From assembly GCF_018977255.1 (NCBI RefSeq), contig NW_024704742.1, positions 130,450,001-130,514,000 of the forward strand: a stretch of 64,000 nucleotides of DNA, read 5' to 3'. Below the pieces are notes generated by a model. That model saw only the letters and a program-made list of their open reading frames with translations. It did no database searches and was not told the origin of the DNA. Each line of letters starts with the position of its first letter. Position 1 is the first letter of the stretch. Shown here piece after piece: positions 48,149-61,683 of this stretch. The translations under genes and the position numbers were made by a program. The stretch comes from Callorhinchus milii (taxonomy: Eukaryota).

Positions 48149-50526
48149 GTAAGATCTACCTAACTCTGGCATTCAGAAGACCAAATGCCTGATTATTTGT
48201 AGGCTTAACATAGAGAATCTCAATCAACTCACGTAACCCTCATCCATCTTTCAGCTGTAGAAACCTTCACAGTCACATCTAGTAGAATAGAAATACTGTA
48301 GTTCAATTGTATTTGTTTTGCCTGTGCTTTTAAATTAACTTCACAGATTGGGTTTACAGATATTAACTTCAAGGCACTGTGACCATCAAGCTTTTTCTCC
48401 CCTGCTCTTTAGATTAGATAACGTAGCCAAGAATAAGTCTGTAAGTGTTGAAATGATTCTTGATGATTTGCATCTATAATAATAATCCTTGCATTTGATA
48501 TAGCGCTTTTTACATCTTCTAGACGTCCCAAAGCGCTTCACAGAATATACTGTAAAGTGAATTGACTGTATATTTGTTGGCGAACGTGGCAGCCAATTGT
48601 GCACAGCAGTGTCCCACAAACAGTCATGGATTGAAAATGACCAATTTATTATTGTTTTGTTTTTTTGGAGGGATTATTAGTTACAGAAAGCATTGGTTAT
48701 TCAATTGTTACTTTGAAGGACCCAAGGAATAGAGAAAAAGTGGTTTTAAATAGGTTTTGTGAGATAAAAGGATAACTTTGTTTTGCATTTTTACTCAGAT
48801 CTTTCCTGTTGTGTAACATTTTACTGATGAAAGGATAGCCAGCCATTTGATGCGTCCAGCTGTGTGACCACTGGGCAACATTGTCACCTGAGTGACTCCC
48901 CTGATTTTTCTCTCCCTCCTTGAAGGCAACCAGCTTAGCCTGGCTCTGCGTGCCTGAGATCACAAGTTTTCAAGTTTTCAAACACCAACTTGCATTTATC
49001 TAGCGTCCTTCATGCAGGATAGTGTTTCGGTCCACTTGACAGTGGCGGAGCACAACACCGAAGGCACGGTGGAAGAGGAAAATCTTAACCATTGAAGGCA
49101 TGATCTGAAAATAGGGAAGGACGGGGCAAGATGGAGGGAGGAAGGGGCAGGGTGGAGGGAGGAGGGGGCAAGTTCAATAAGCAATCATAGATTCAGGGCC
49201 CGTTCTTACAACAGCAACAACAATAACAGCAAATTACATTTGCATAGCGCCTTTCACGTCGAAGGACAACCCAAGGCACTGGACAGTCAGGGAATTGCAC
49301 CCGAGCAGTGGAGTGGGATTGGGAGGGTGGAGGGCAGGGAGAGTAGGAGGGTGACCAAAGGCGCGGTCAAAGAGGAGGGTCTTAAGATGGGCGTTGAAGG
49401 AGGCAAGGGAGAGAGGGAGGCGAAGGGACCCATAAATGACATCGTGCAGCCTTACAGTCCCTCACGGGGCAAGTCAGCTGTTTGTTAGTTCAGTGCTCGT
49501 GTTAGTGACTTGACTGTAAATGTGCTTGAATATTCAGAGCAGTAATGCAGACTAGTCTTGCAGCGATTACTGGTGCACGGAAGAGCAACCACAACAGCAG
49601 CCCTTTCTCTAGAGATAGAGGTACTTTGAGATTCTTTCTTCCAAGTCTGGATCTGTTAACGGCATCGCAATTTCGGTGCAAAACGAACCAGACTGCGGAT
49701 ATTTTGTCTTTTGTTTTTGTTTGGTGGCTATGGCTAATTTGAAAGGTTCTTTATTACTTTGTTAGATTCTTTGTCCCACTTTTGGTGTTGCTATGGAGTA
49801 AGCACATTCTTGTGGTGTATTTCTCCTTCCCAGCTGCTCTATTTATTGAAAGGGTTTATGCAAAGAATAAATTGGACCTTTAACCCTTGGAGAGCTGGAC
49901 TGACGATTTAGAAATGAAGAACATTTCAATACATTTCACAGCAAATCCTGCAGAGAGCTCTGAGACATCATCCTTACAATCAATCCACTTCCTTCCTTCA
50001 TTTCACTTGGTAAATCCACATCTATTTGTGGGGTACTGCTGTGAGCAATTGACTGCTGCGTTTCGCCCACAAAATAAACAATCAATTCATTTTACACTAT
50101 ATTTTGTGACAGTAAGTTGTATGGCTTTCGTGAAATCGCAATCAGTGTTCACTCGCCACCACCACCACCCACCCCACCCCCCACCTTTAGTGAATATCAC
50201 GAACAAGATCCCTGTATAAAACAAAATACTGCAGCTGCTGGAAGATCCCTTTAGAAATGGGTTCTGGAAATCGAGGAGATTGAGGATGTGCCGGGAGGGC
50301 AAGTATCTAGGGTCAAGAACCATCAACAAGGCACGGACATATCGACTATGTTGGGCTTTTCTAATACTTTTTGTCTAACCTTTTGTGGTTGTTATTACTG
50401 ACTCGCTCATCCCATTTAGTTGTATCATTTTATGAAGACATTTTTGGGTCGATTCTCATTACTTTTACATCAGAACCTGATAGGTACCAAGGAATATGAG
50501 TCGATTGTTAGCTCTTTGATTTCCAG

Positions 50527-50688
50527 GTTCTCTCGCCGATGTTTCAGAAGCCCAGACAAGACAAACTGAACAATCAACCCAAATTTCTAGGACAAGTGCC
50601 GCATCTTACACCACCTACCCTGTTTTTGAAGTCATCACATCAGCAAGAGAACATGATAGAACCGTGAGGATCACCAGGACGGACGATG
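50527..50688 (+). CDS. Ser/Thr-rich stalk exon of the same gene
   Basis: SSLADVSEAQTRQTEQSTQISRTSAASYTTYPVFEVITSAREHDRTVRITRTDD(G); ttccag| and ATG|gtaagt; phase 1-1, open. Confidence 0.75.
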
Positions 50689-51545
50689 GTAAGTCAGGAG
50701 GTATTGTGGTGAGAATGATGTTCTTTTTAAGATCCATGTCAGGACTTTGAAGTCACATTCTCGACTCGGACACTCCAGTGCATTGCTGGAGAAACATAGT
50801 CCTGCTGCCTGTTCAGGTGGACAGTAAAGATCCTAAGACACTATTTGAAAAGAGAAGGGAGGTTTTTCTCCTTATCTTCACCGGATAAATTTGTGTTTTC
50901 AAGGCTTTATTTATTTAATTTATTTAACAAAGGAGAATAGCCAACAAATTGCTTATGTGAAGCTTACAAAAGAATACCAAATCTCAGGTTCACTTCTCCT
51001 GAACTCTAAGATTCCCAACTCACAGCTAATAGCCGTCAGAATAAGAATAAAGTTATCTGTAAATTAAGGACGGTTTCAGATGATATCTATTGATTATATA
51101 AATCTCCTTCCTGCGTGTCCCTGCTGGTCAGATTGTAATTTGTATTTTAACTTTGTTTATGACAATAAGAATCCTTGTATTTGATTTAGCGCCTTTCATG
51201 TTGTGAGGACATCATGAAAAATGTTTTTATCCATTTCAATAGACAAACTTGGCAGCCAATTTGCACACAGCAATGTCCCATATACAGCCCTGAAGTGAGT
51301 GACCAATTTTATTTGTGAGATGTTAGCCAAGATACTGAGAGAAACTAATTTCACTTTTCAAATCATGGCATGGGATCTTTAACGTCTACCTGAATAGGCA
51401 AACCGCACCTTGATTTAATGTTTAATCTGAAGGACGGCACCTCCAACAGCTCACACCCAGCACTGCACTGGAGTGTTGTCCCAATAGATAATTCCTAAAA
51501 TCCTGTGTGAATTACTGATACTAATTACTATCTCTGTCCTTTAAG

Positions 51546-51636
51546 GCTCTACCTGGAAAATTGCCATGCTGATTCTGGGTTTTATAGCACTGATTCTGGG
51601 ACTAATCATATTGACACTGAACATCATTCACAATAA
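51546..51636 (+). CDS. Transmembrane exon, OSTbeta (SLC51B)-like
   Basis: GSTWKIAMLILGFIALILGLIILTLNIIHN(K); ttaag| and AA|gtaagt; phase 1-2. Confidence 0.8.
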
Positions 51637-51869
51637 GTAAGTGTGAATTTTAGTCTTCTGTATTCCTCTTCACACAAAGGGTTCAGTTATAGAGATTAGG
51701 TTCAAGGATTCATTCAACAGTAGTTAAAATGGCTTTGTTTCCCAGATACCAGATAAGTAAATACTACACAATTTGTCTGTTACAAAATCTAAAGCATTAA
51801 TCAAATATTTCTGTAAGATTGGCCTTACTCTCTTGCCTCTGTATCGGAATGCTATAAGTTCAGCTGAAT

Positions 51870-52590
51870 CATAGAATCATACAGCACAGAAAGAGGCCGT
51901 TTGGTTCATCGCGTCTGCGCCGGCTACGAAAAGAGCAATTCAACTCAATCCCACTGGTCCGCTTTCTCTCCATAGACTACAATCTTGTCCTCCCCAAATA
52001 CCCATCTACTTCTCTCTTAAAAGTTGTTATTGAATCGGCTTCCACTACTCTTTCAGGTAATGCATTCCAGATCCGAACAACTCGCTGGGTGAAAAATGTT
52101 TTCCTAACCTCCCCTCTGTTTCTATTAACAACTACCTTAAATCAGTGTCCTCAGGTTACTGACCCACATGCCAGTGGAAACAGTTTTTCTTGATTTAACC
52201 TATCAAATCCTCTCACGATCTTGAAAATCTCTATTAAATCGCCTCTTAATCTTCTCTAATCTAGGGAGAATAATCCTAGTTTTGCTAACCTGACCTCATA
52301 ACTTATTCCTGGTACCATCCTGGTAAACCACCAGCTTTTTATAAATATTCAACATAACCTCCTGAGTTTTGAATTCTATGCCTCTATTTATAAAACCTAG
52401 TATCCCATATGCTTTTTTAACAGCTTTATCTACCTGTCCTGCCACCTTGAGAGATTTGCTTATGTGGCCCCCCAGGTCTCTCTGCTCATTTACCCCCTTT
52501 AAGATTGTGCCATCCTCATTCTTCCTACCAAAATGCAACACTTCGCATTTCTCCACATTAAACTTCATCTGCCACGTTTCTGCCAATGTC
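51870..52590 (-). mobile_element. CR1 LINE 3' fragment
   Basis: WQMKFNVEKCEVLHFGRKN..QVDKAVKKAYGILGFINRGIE; CR1 3' end with ATTCT-type repeats. Confidence 0.88.
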
Positions 52591-52904
52591 GAGGCTTGAG
52601 CTCCTAGTCCAGGTTGACACTCTGGGGCAGAACTGGGGGAGCACTGAATTGAGGGACATGCTGGTTTTCGGACGAGGTCAAATATTATTCTTCACGCATC
52701 CATCTATCTATTCCGTTTTTGTAAAAAAAAGCAATCGTACATTTATATTCAGGACTTAATAAATACCCAGTCAAACCAATACAGTATATTCTGCGTAGCT
52801 CTTTGAGACATCTGAACAAGTGATAGGGCGCTATATCAAATGCAAGGATTATTATTAGAATACCATATTAATTCTGTTGGTCAGAAATTCGCTTCTGGTG
52901 TGAA

Positions 52905-54812
52905 GAAACCTAAACTTCTTCACACTCAACTCCCCTCCTCTTTCCCCCTGCTGGCCAACGCGGTCAACCACTCTCTCTCCTCAGGCTCTTTTCCACACTC
53001 CCTGAAAACCGCTGTCATCACACCCCTCCTCAAAAAATCCACCATTGATCCCTGTAATCTCTCACACTACCGTCCCAGTTCCAACCTACTCTTCCTTGCC
53101 AAAGTCCTGGAATGCATTGTTGCAGGTCAACTTCAGTCACAACTCTCCATCCATTCCCTTCTCGAGCTCCTGCAGTCTGGTTTTTGCTCTGCCCACAGCA
53201 CAGAGATAGCGCTTTTCAAAGTCACAAACCGACGTCCTCTCTATCTGTGACCAGGGATCCCTCTGCCTCCTCACGCTGCTACGGCACTACCTCACCCCTC
53301 ACGCTGCTGAAACCCTGGTTCACGCCTTTGTCACCTCAAGGCTGGACTATGGGAACTCTCTCTTCGCCGGCCTTCCTGCCACCTCCCTCCACAAGCTGCA
53401 GGTCATTCAGAACTCTGCAGCTCGTGTACTGTCCCGCACCAGGCTTCGGGACCACATCACACCCATCCTCGCTCGCCTCCACTGGCTCCCCATCCCCCAG
53501 AGGATTGATTTCAAGATCCTCATCCTCACCTACAAGGCCATTCACGGCCTTGCTCCCTCCTACCTCTCTGACCTACTATCCCCCTACCTACCTGCCCGTA
53601 CCCTCCGTTCCTCCGGCTCCTGTCTGCTCCACGTCCCCCGCCCCAATCGCCCTACCATCGGTGGTCGGGCCTTCAGCCTCTCAGCCCCTAGGCTCTGGAA
53701 CTCCATCCCCCAGTGCCTTCGCCTTGCTTCCTCCCTCTCCTCCTTCAAGGCCGGTCTCAAAACCTTTCTCTTTGACCGAGCCTTCAGCTCCCCTCTCGAC
53801 TCTCTTCCCCCTCCTCGCTCCCTCCCTTCCCTCCCCTCACCCTGACCATTTCCCCCCTCCTCGCTCCCTCCCTTCCCTCCCCTCGCCCTGACCATTTCCC
53901 CCTGCTCGGGTCATGACCCAACTGTGCAGCGCCTTGGGACGTCCTCCTGACGTGAAAGGCGCTTTATAAATGGAATCTTGTTGTTGTTGTCCTCCTGGAT
54001 CTCTCTGCCACGTTCGACACAGTCGACCATGCCATCCTCCTCCACCATCTGTCCTCTCTCATCCACCTTAGTGGAACTGGACCACACTTACATGGTTCGA
54101 GTTCTACTTAACCAAGCGCCTCCATTTCATCTCGGCAAATGCTTTCTCCTCCTATCCCCGCCCGATCACCTATGGGGTACCCCAGGGCCCCATCCTTGAC
54201 CCTTTTCTTTTCCTTATCTATATGCTCCCTCTGGGCGATGTCATCTGCAGACACAGGGTAAACTTCCACATGTGTGCGTGCGGATGACACACAAATCTAC
54301 TTTGCCTCCTCCAGTACCAACTCCAGGTCAGCCAATGTGCTATCAGCTTGTCTGGCAGACAGCAGGTTGAGTGTAAACTTCCTGCAGCTGAATATGGACC
54401 GGACAGAAGCCATATACCTTGGTTCCCATTAACATCTTCATTCCTGCGGATCTGAACTCCCCAACCTCCCTGGGCTCTTCCTCAGACTCACCGAACCAGT
54501 GCGCAATCTAGGCGTCCGGTTCGACCTCCAGCTGTCCTTCCTCCCCCACATATGGTCCCTGACCAAGACCACCTTCTTCCACCTCTGCCTCCGACCGTAC
54601 CTTACCCCAAATGCAGCCGAAACCCTTGTACATGGTTTTGTCACCTCCAGCCTGGATTACTCAAACACACTCCTCGCTGGTCTCCCCAACTCCACTATTC
54701 ATTCAGAACTCTGCCGCCTGCATTCTTACCCAGACCAAACTCTGTACCCACATCTCACCAGTTCTGGTCAGGCTCCACCAGTGGAGGGTGCTATATAAGT
54801 GCAAGTTGTTGT
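52905..54812 (+). mobile_element. Old L2 RT fragment with a younger L2 3' fragment nested at ~53272-53989
   Basis: KTAVITPLLKK..QSGF..HSTE..ICDQGSLCLL | insert | VLLDLSATFDTVDH continues after the (TGT)n tail of the insert. Confidence 0.85.
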
Positions 54813-56117
54813 AAAGGTAGGGAGAAAAACACTTTCAAGAGAGAGGAGTTTTTTTAAAAAATTGCAACTGTAAATTTTATTTATCAGTCTGTTTGTGTTT
54901 GATCCAATGTCATGGGAACATGAATGGAGCCTTTTCAGCACCTTTGTTCCACCCAGAACTGTCCAGTATACAATCAGAATTAAAGGTCATTCCTATTGTT
55001 CTGGAGACATTTCAGGATCTCGTGGAACTTGCACAAAGAAGCAGTTCATTTCTGCTTTACCCACTCCGAGTGAGGACTGGAACTCTTCCAGAGACAGAAT
55101 AAGCCTGATCTCTGTGAGTGGAATTGAATCAAAGGAAGTCAGAGAGAAATATCATCAGCATTTTGCCAAGCAGTGGGAGGAAGGGCATGTGAATGTGAGG
55201 ACATTTTGTGATGTTTTCTCCCATCTACTCCTGCCCCTCTGTAAACTCATTGTGTTCAAGAGGTTGAAAACCAATTAATTCACCAGGATGGGTGAACTAT
55301 AATACATAGAAAGTCAAGGTGGGAGATTTGTACAGCACTGACAGGTATTAAGAAGGAGTCGATCATCACTGGTGAGGTTTGCAAGCAAATATGGTTCCCA
55401 TATTCAAGAAAGATGAGAGAGCCATACCTGGTAACTACAGACTAGTACAGACCCAAAAGATTGGTCTCAATAATTGGAAAACTGATGAGTCAATCAAAAA
55501 GAGGAAGATTACTTGGATAAAAATAATCTAATACATTTTATAGCCAGTATGGGTTCAAAAATGGGAGACCAGTCCTGTAGACTTTTTTGATGAGGTGAAA
55601 TCCCAAATTTACACTGCAAAGCCATCTGATTTAGTGCATCTAGACTTCCAAAAGACAATTGTCAAGCCACCACATAAGAGGCTCTTTCACAAATTGATGT
55701 CACTGGGCATTAAAGGTAAGACATGGACATGAATTCCAAAATTGCCCGAAGGGAGGAAAGCAGAGAGTAGTTATTAGGGGAATTAGGTGAAAATGGGCAG
55801 ATGTATGCCTCATACGTTTGTACTGGGATACCTACCTGTTCCTTTTATAAATTAATGACCTAGATTTGCAGACTCAGTGCAAGGTATTTACATTTGCAGC
55901 TGACGCCAAGTTGGTGGGAAGGTGGGGGTGGGGGGACTCTGTATGCAAAGTATTAAAAGATTAAACATTTAAAATCTGGGCATAATCTTTTTTAAACAAT
56001 GTAATTGTTTTCTAGAGCGAATGATGAATCTTTATGGCAGTGACCGCAGATGAACCAAATAAGGGGTTCACCGTCATGCAACAAAGCCTCACTAACAAAC
56101 ATGTTTATTTTGATCAG

Positions 56118-56310
56118 GAAAAGGAAGATGTTAAACATCACAGAGATCGCTGACTCAGGAGATGAAAAAACATCCTTGACAACCAGTCTGAAACTTCAGC
56201 ACAATAAATCTCGTTCCCCATCGTTAAGACATGGGGAAATAATGATCGAATGGAAGGACGGCAAGATAACGCCACTGTTTGATAATAACAATTACTGCAG
56301 TGGCTATTAG
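56118..56310 (+). CDS. Last coding exon (cytoplasmic tail) of the OSTbeta-like gene
   Basis: ttttgatcag|G, phase 2 completes AAG; KRKMLNITEIADSGDEKTSLTTSLKLQHNKSRSPSLRHGEIMIEWKDGKITPLFDNNNYCSGY*; basic stop-transfer residues follow the TM. Confidence 0.8.
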
Positions 56311-59300
56311 TATGTTAGGTGTGTGTGGTTGCTGCAGTGCACTATAAGAATACACCTGGCAACTCTGAAGGAACTATCGCTGATCGAGTATGTATGTGTG
56401 GGCGGGGATGGTGATCAGAGACCCCAAATTTTTAATCTACTTGAGCTTTATGCCCGTTTGTCATGTTTGAAAAATCTTAAGAACTGCGGAAATTCAGCCT
56501 CCAAATTAAGACTGAATTTAAGAAATTTCCAAAATGTTTTGCACAGTTCCAGATTTTAAGGCAATGGTGTTACTGTTAGAACTATGAAGCTTTTTAGATT
56601 TTTTTCGTCTTCAAATGTAGAATCTCTACTGCCACCCTGAGTGAGACTAGCTAACTCAGCCAAAACAGCATTAGCAAGTGAGACTTTTTTTATGGCTCAG
56701 CTACTCACTGGGAAGACTCACTGAGACATTGCGGGAGTTATTTTTGATACTCAGTAACATGATAAAATGGTAAAAGAAAATTGCAATGACTGGAAAATAG
56801 GATAGTAAGCCTGTTTTAGAAATTTGTGTTTGAAACACAAACTTATTATGCCTTTACTCCACAACTTTACATTATTGTTTGTACTCTCTTCCCCCCNACC
56901 ACCACCCAACCCCCTCACAACAGTTATGTCACATGTCAACTTGGCTCACGTGGTAGCACTCCTGCCTCTGAGCCAGAAAGTTGTGAGTTCAAGCTCTAAA
57001 AACTGTAGTCGGACTTGCCTTGTGTTAATATAGTGATTAAGGTATGCACTTGACAAGAGCATAAGCATTTTGCAAATATTACATAGTACAAAACAGCACT
57101 CCAGAGACTCATTCCATACTTAGTGATAGAGTGCCTGATCGCAAATTCAGAAATCTTTCTGAAGCATCTTTTGTCCTTCAATTAGGTATTTTCCAAAACT
57201 ACAATAGCCAAAAGATTTTGTAATGGATTAGAAACGGATCTAACCGTTCATTCTCCTCTCCTATAGACATAAAGCTGGATATTTTCATAGAAATTGAGAT
57301 AGGTGCTACTTTTTTTTAAAAAAATAAAACTGATCACACTGACAAATTGCAGTCCTGAGCATGACACAAGTCAGCTGCAGTTTGAGCCACTCACTATCTA
57401 CATTGCCACAATCTGTTTTGGTGCACTCACGAGTTAGAACGCATAATGGGACCCTATGAGTTGAATGTCGATCCTCCTGGACTAGAATTTCTATAATTTC
57501 ATTATTCTGGAACTAAATTATCCTTACTCCCTCATCTCACTTGGGAGACTAAACAAAATTGTCGAAGTATGAGGGAGATCTATCAATATTGTCAATTAAG
57601 TGAGAAAGGGGAATAAGGGAATAGTGGGGTATGAGGGGGGGTTGGGGGGGGTCATGTAATGTATACACACCGGTATGGACTAGTAGTCTGAATGGCCAGA
57701 ATGCTGTACATTCTGTGTATTCTATGATTCACTAACTCATTGAGAAGGGCCTGAACTGAAGAATCAATCTGTAACATTTGACAATGGCTTTTACGTAGCA
57801 TTTAAGAGGATTAATTGCATGTAGATGTGTGCCTGGATAACTCTCTGGGTTCTGAGATTAATCTCCAGTATCTGTTTGGGATATTCATTGATTGAACATT
57901 TGCTTCTCTTATTCATATTCCAATAGTTTTCTTCTATTTCTCAAACCCATAATGTGCAAAATGAGCTTCGGGAGACTCATAAAACGTATCATTAGGACAT
58001 GATTCGTTTTACAAAAAGGTGAACTGAGAATATGGTAAAAACCGTTGACCTCTGTATTAAATGTACCGTTCATTAAAGAAGCAATCTTACGTAGGCTCTG
58101 TTATTTGTCATTCTGCCATTTTAAGAAATTCTTAGTTTAATAACACACAAGCAAAACCAGTCATTCAGTTAATGAGTTTCCTGTCTGTACGCATTTCTTT
58201 CTCAACCATTCTGTGTATGTGTGTGTACATAATAATAATTTGACACTCAATCCACGATTGTGCACAATTGGCTGCTGCGTTTCGTCCACAAAATATACAG
58301 TCAATTCACTTTACAGCATATTCTGTGAAGCGCTTTGAGACGTCGAGAAGACGCGAAAAGCACTATATCAAATGCAAGGATTATTATGATTATATATCAA
58401 ATGCAAGGATTATTTTTATTATTATTATTGCATCTCAGCAGCAACTTCATGACCCAAAAGTCAACCAATTCAGTTTTTCACTTTAAAAAAAAGGCAAAAG
58501 TTCATTTGCTTCAGGTTGCCGCCAATGTCTCTGTTATGCTTGTGTGTAAAAAAATAGGAAATGACATTGCAGTAACCCGATGAGCCGTAAGTCCGGCATT
58601 TTGTCTTTTAGCAAGGGACTTGGCCAGCAGCTGTTCTGGTTGCACACAAATACATTCAAACCCGCCATCGTTCCTTGCTATAAAGTGGGTTGGGATTTTA
58701 TGGATCCCAAACATCCTGGTATATCGAAGCTGCAGTGTAATAAATAATTGTTGCATTTGATATGGGGCCTTATTGCACTAAGAGCTTTACAATTTTCTGT
58801 ACAGTGTAGTGACTGGATTTTACAGGCAAATACAGCCAAGAAACGAATGACCAATTAATCTGGGGACTGTTGATCAGGACACAGGGAAAAATTCCCTTCT
58901 GTTTTCAAACACTATGGAACTTTTAACATCCCATTTCTGACGACAAGAACTTGTGTTTAATGTCTCATCTAAAAGACAGGACATCCAACAATGCAGTACT
59001 CCCACAAAACTACATTCCAGTGAAAGCTTAGACTTCCATCCACCCTAATTACTGTGTATCCCTCCCCTAGTGCTTGCTGCTACACCCAGCAGAGCATGGA
59101 TGATTGAACAAAGATTGGATCAGGCACAATTTTGATTCTCCCCCACACATAGTAATAATCCTTGCATTTGATATAGGCCTTATAATGTAATTGAGACATC
59201 TCAAAGTGCTTCACAGAATACACTGTGAAGTGAATTGACTATATGTTTTGTGGGCAACACGCGGCAGTCAATTGCGCACAGCAGTGTCCCAGAAATAGTC

Positions 59301-60210
59301 ATGGATTGAGTGACCAAATTATTTTTTTAAGGGATTATTACCCACAGAAAGTAATCTGCTAATCAACTAACAACCAGATTCCTCGTTACTGCTACAGAGG
59401 AGTGTGGAGTCAGGAAAATCGCCTAAGGATTCGCCCTGCTTGAATGCTCTGACAAATACTCTACAGGACTCCACAAAGCCCATGGACACTGACTATCAAA
59501 ACTGTCAATTGAAGAATAGCCCCAATATTGGCTAATATTTATTAATCTGGATGTCACAAAATACAGAGAAATAATAATAATAATCCTTGCATTTCATATA
59601 GTGCTATTCACATCTTCTAGACGTCTCAAAGTGCTTCACAGAATATACTGTAAAGTGAATAGACTATATATTTGTGGGCGAAATGCAGCAGCCAATTGCG
59701 CACAGCAGTGTCTCACAAACAGCCTTAGATTGAGTGACCAATTCATTATTTTATTTTTTCTTGAGGGATTATTACCAGACATGTGGAGTAAGGAAATTTG
59801 CCCAAGGTTTCACCCTGCCATAGTCCAGATTATTCCCACAACAGAGCTGAAGGGCTGACGTGGAAAAAGTACATTAAATAATAAGTACAATGGTCTGAAA
59901 TATTTTTGAATCCAAATCAATTCTTAAATTGACTACTGATGGTTACTTGAAAATAACTAAATTTGCCAATGAACCAGCACTTTTAACAAAATGGGTCTGT
60001 GCAAGTACATCAATGCTTTTTTATATTTATTGCCAGGATAATGTCAATGAAGCAGCACATTCTTGTGCATCTCCAGGTTTTGTGTGAATTTGCATTGAGG
60101 GCTGAAATAAACCAATTGGCAAATGTTTAACATTGTCTGCAGGAGCTCCAGAGTTGTGGGGTTGTATCCAGCATGAGTCACTGCCTTGAGATGAAAGCAA
60201 GAAAGAACAC

Positions 60211-61585
60211 TGTTAACTCTCGCAGGGCTGCTTAGAATCGATACAATCAAGACTCGGAGACCAATGGTTGTTTAATAGGGTTTATTTAAGTTTCCGAATA
60301 TACTTGAAAATATACTGATCAGTACAATGTTAGGTTAAAAGTTATAGTAGGAACTCCAGGCTCAACAACACCCGATTAAAACAGGAACGCACTTGAGTCA
60401 ATATGGTTAACAAATATGTTCACAGACGACTATCATAATCATGATTACCCCAACTGGCTCGCAACACTAATTTATGAGGAAATCATAGCATCCTGATCGC
60501 GAATACTATTTAAGAAAAGTATACAACTAATAAAATCATATAAGATTAACACAGTGGGTACAAGAAAGAAGGTGTGTCGTGTATGGATGCGTGAGTGTGC
60601 GTATCACTATACTACCGGTAACTAGCAGCCGCTTCAGTAGGATCACGATAGGATACTCCAGCAACGAGTTTTGGACCGGTATGCAGTGTGCACTCTGTTG
60701 GCCCCCAGCTCTTGTAGCAGGATCTCTCTCTCTCCCTCAGATACTTGGCTCACTCAGCTATCCCTCTTGGAATGTGCGTGGTGCCCTTCTCTGGTCAGTC
60801 GAGTAATCATCTTGACGGACGTTCTCAGGCTCTCTCCTCCTGCTCTCCTGAGTCACCCAGTGATTATCTGGACAGACTGCCTGCTCGCTGGTCGGAGTTT
60901 TAACTAGGAGTCCTTGTGGTTCTCCCTCCTTCAGCCCTCCTGCTCGTCCTCCAAGGAGTCGTTCTCACTTGCTACCTCTTGACTTCCTATATTTATACTT
61001 CTAGGAGCGTCCGTACAAAGACCAGGTCTTGTCGGCCATTGTCCTCTTTTCCTTATCTCCCTGACGTTTTAGTCTCCTGATCCACTTGTTTTTAAATTCA
61101 ATTAGTTCTTCCCTGGAATGCTCTCAAGTCAGCATTTTCTTCCCTTCCTTACTTGACCTCTGTCTATTGTTAAACTAGTTAAGTCAAAAGGGTTTTGGCA
61201 CGGGATGATACCGTGACCCTTCCTTAACCCTCTCTTCGCATCTGCGCATCATTCTTTGAGCTGTCTTATCTGGTGTGTACCAGCCTCCCTCATAAGACCT
61301 TGAAACTGCTACTCTGACATGTTTCTTTGTTCTGGAAAATGTAACTTCGTCTAACTTCTTTGGTAGCTTTAAAACCAGTTTGTACCACCACCCTGCTGAC
61401 CCCTAGGTTCCATTTCACCGCTTACTTCAGGGGTTTCATAGGTCATTCAATTGCCCATTTTCCTTATTAAACAACAGCGAGTACATTACCCATAATCATA
61501 TGAATGAACACTTATGGTTATGATCATACATAACATAATCATCCATAATTAATCATTATTTACAGCATCCAATTCCAAGTGAACA
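60211..61585 (-). mobile_element. Possible solo LTR (Gypsy/ERV-like)
   Basis: Begins TGTTA, ends ACA; near-matching flanks AACAC/ATCAC; TTTATT (antisense poly(A) signal) near the left end; non-coding and free of SINE/LINE inserts over ~1.35 kb. Confidence 0.4.
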
Positions 61586-61619
61586 ATCACATTGAGAACA
61601 GATTTCCTTTCTTCTGCTT

Positions 61620-61625
61620 TTTATT
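61620..61625 (-). terminator. NUDT2 polyadenylation signal AATAAA
   Basis: About 60 nt downstream of the NUDT2 stop on the minus strand. Confidence 0.55.
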
Positions 61626-61683
61626 AAAAAAAAGTCAAACATCTTTCCACACTTAGGTCAACTGAATATATACAATCTTGACT

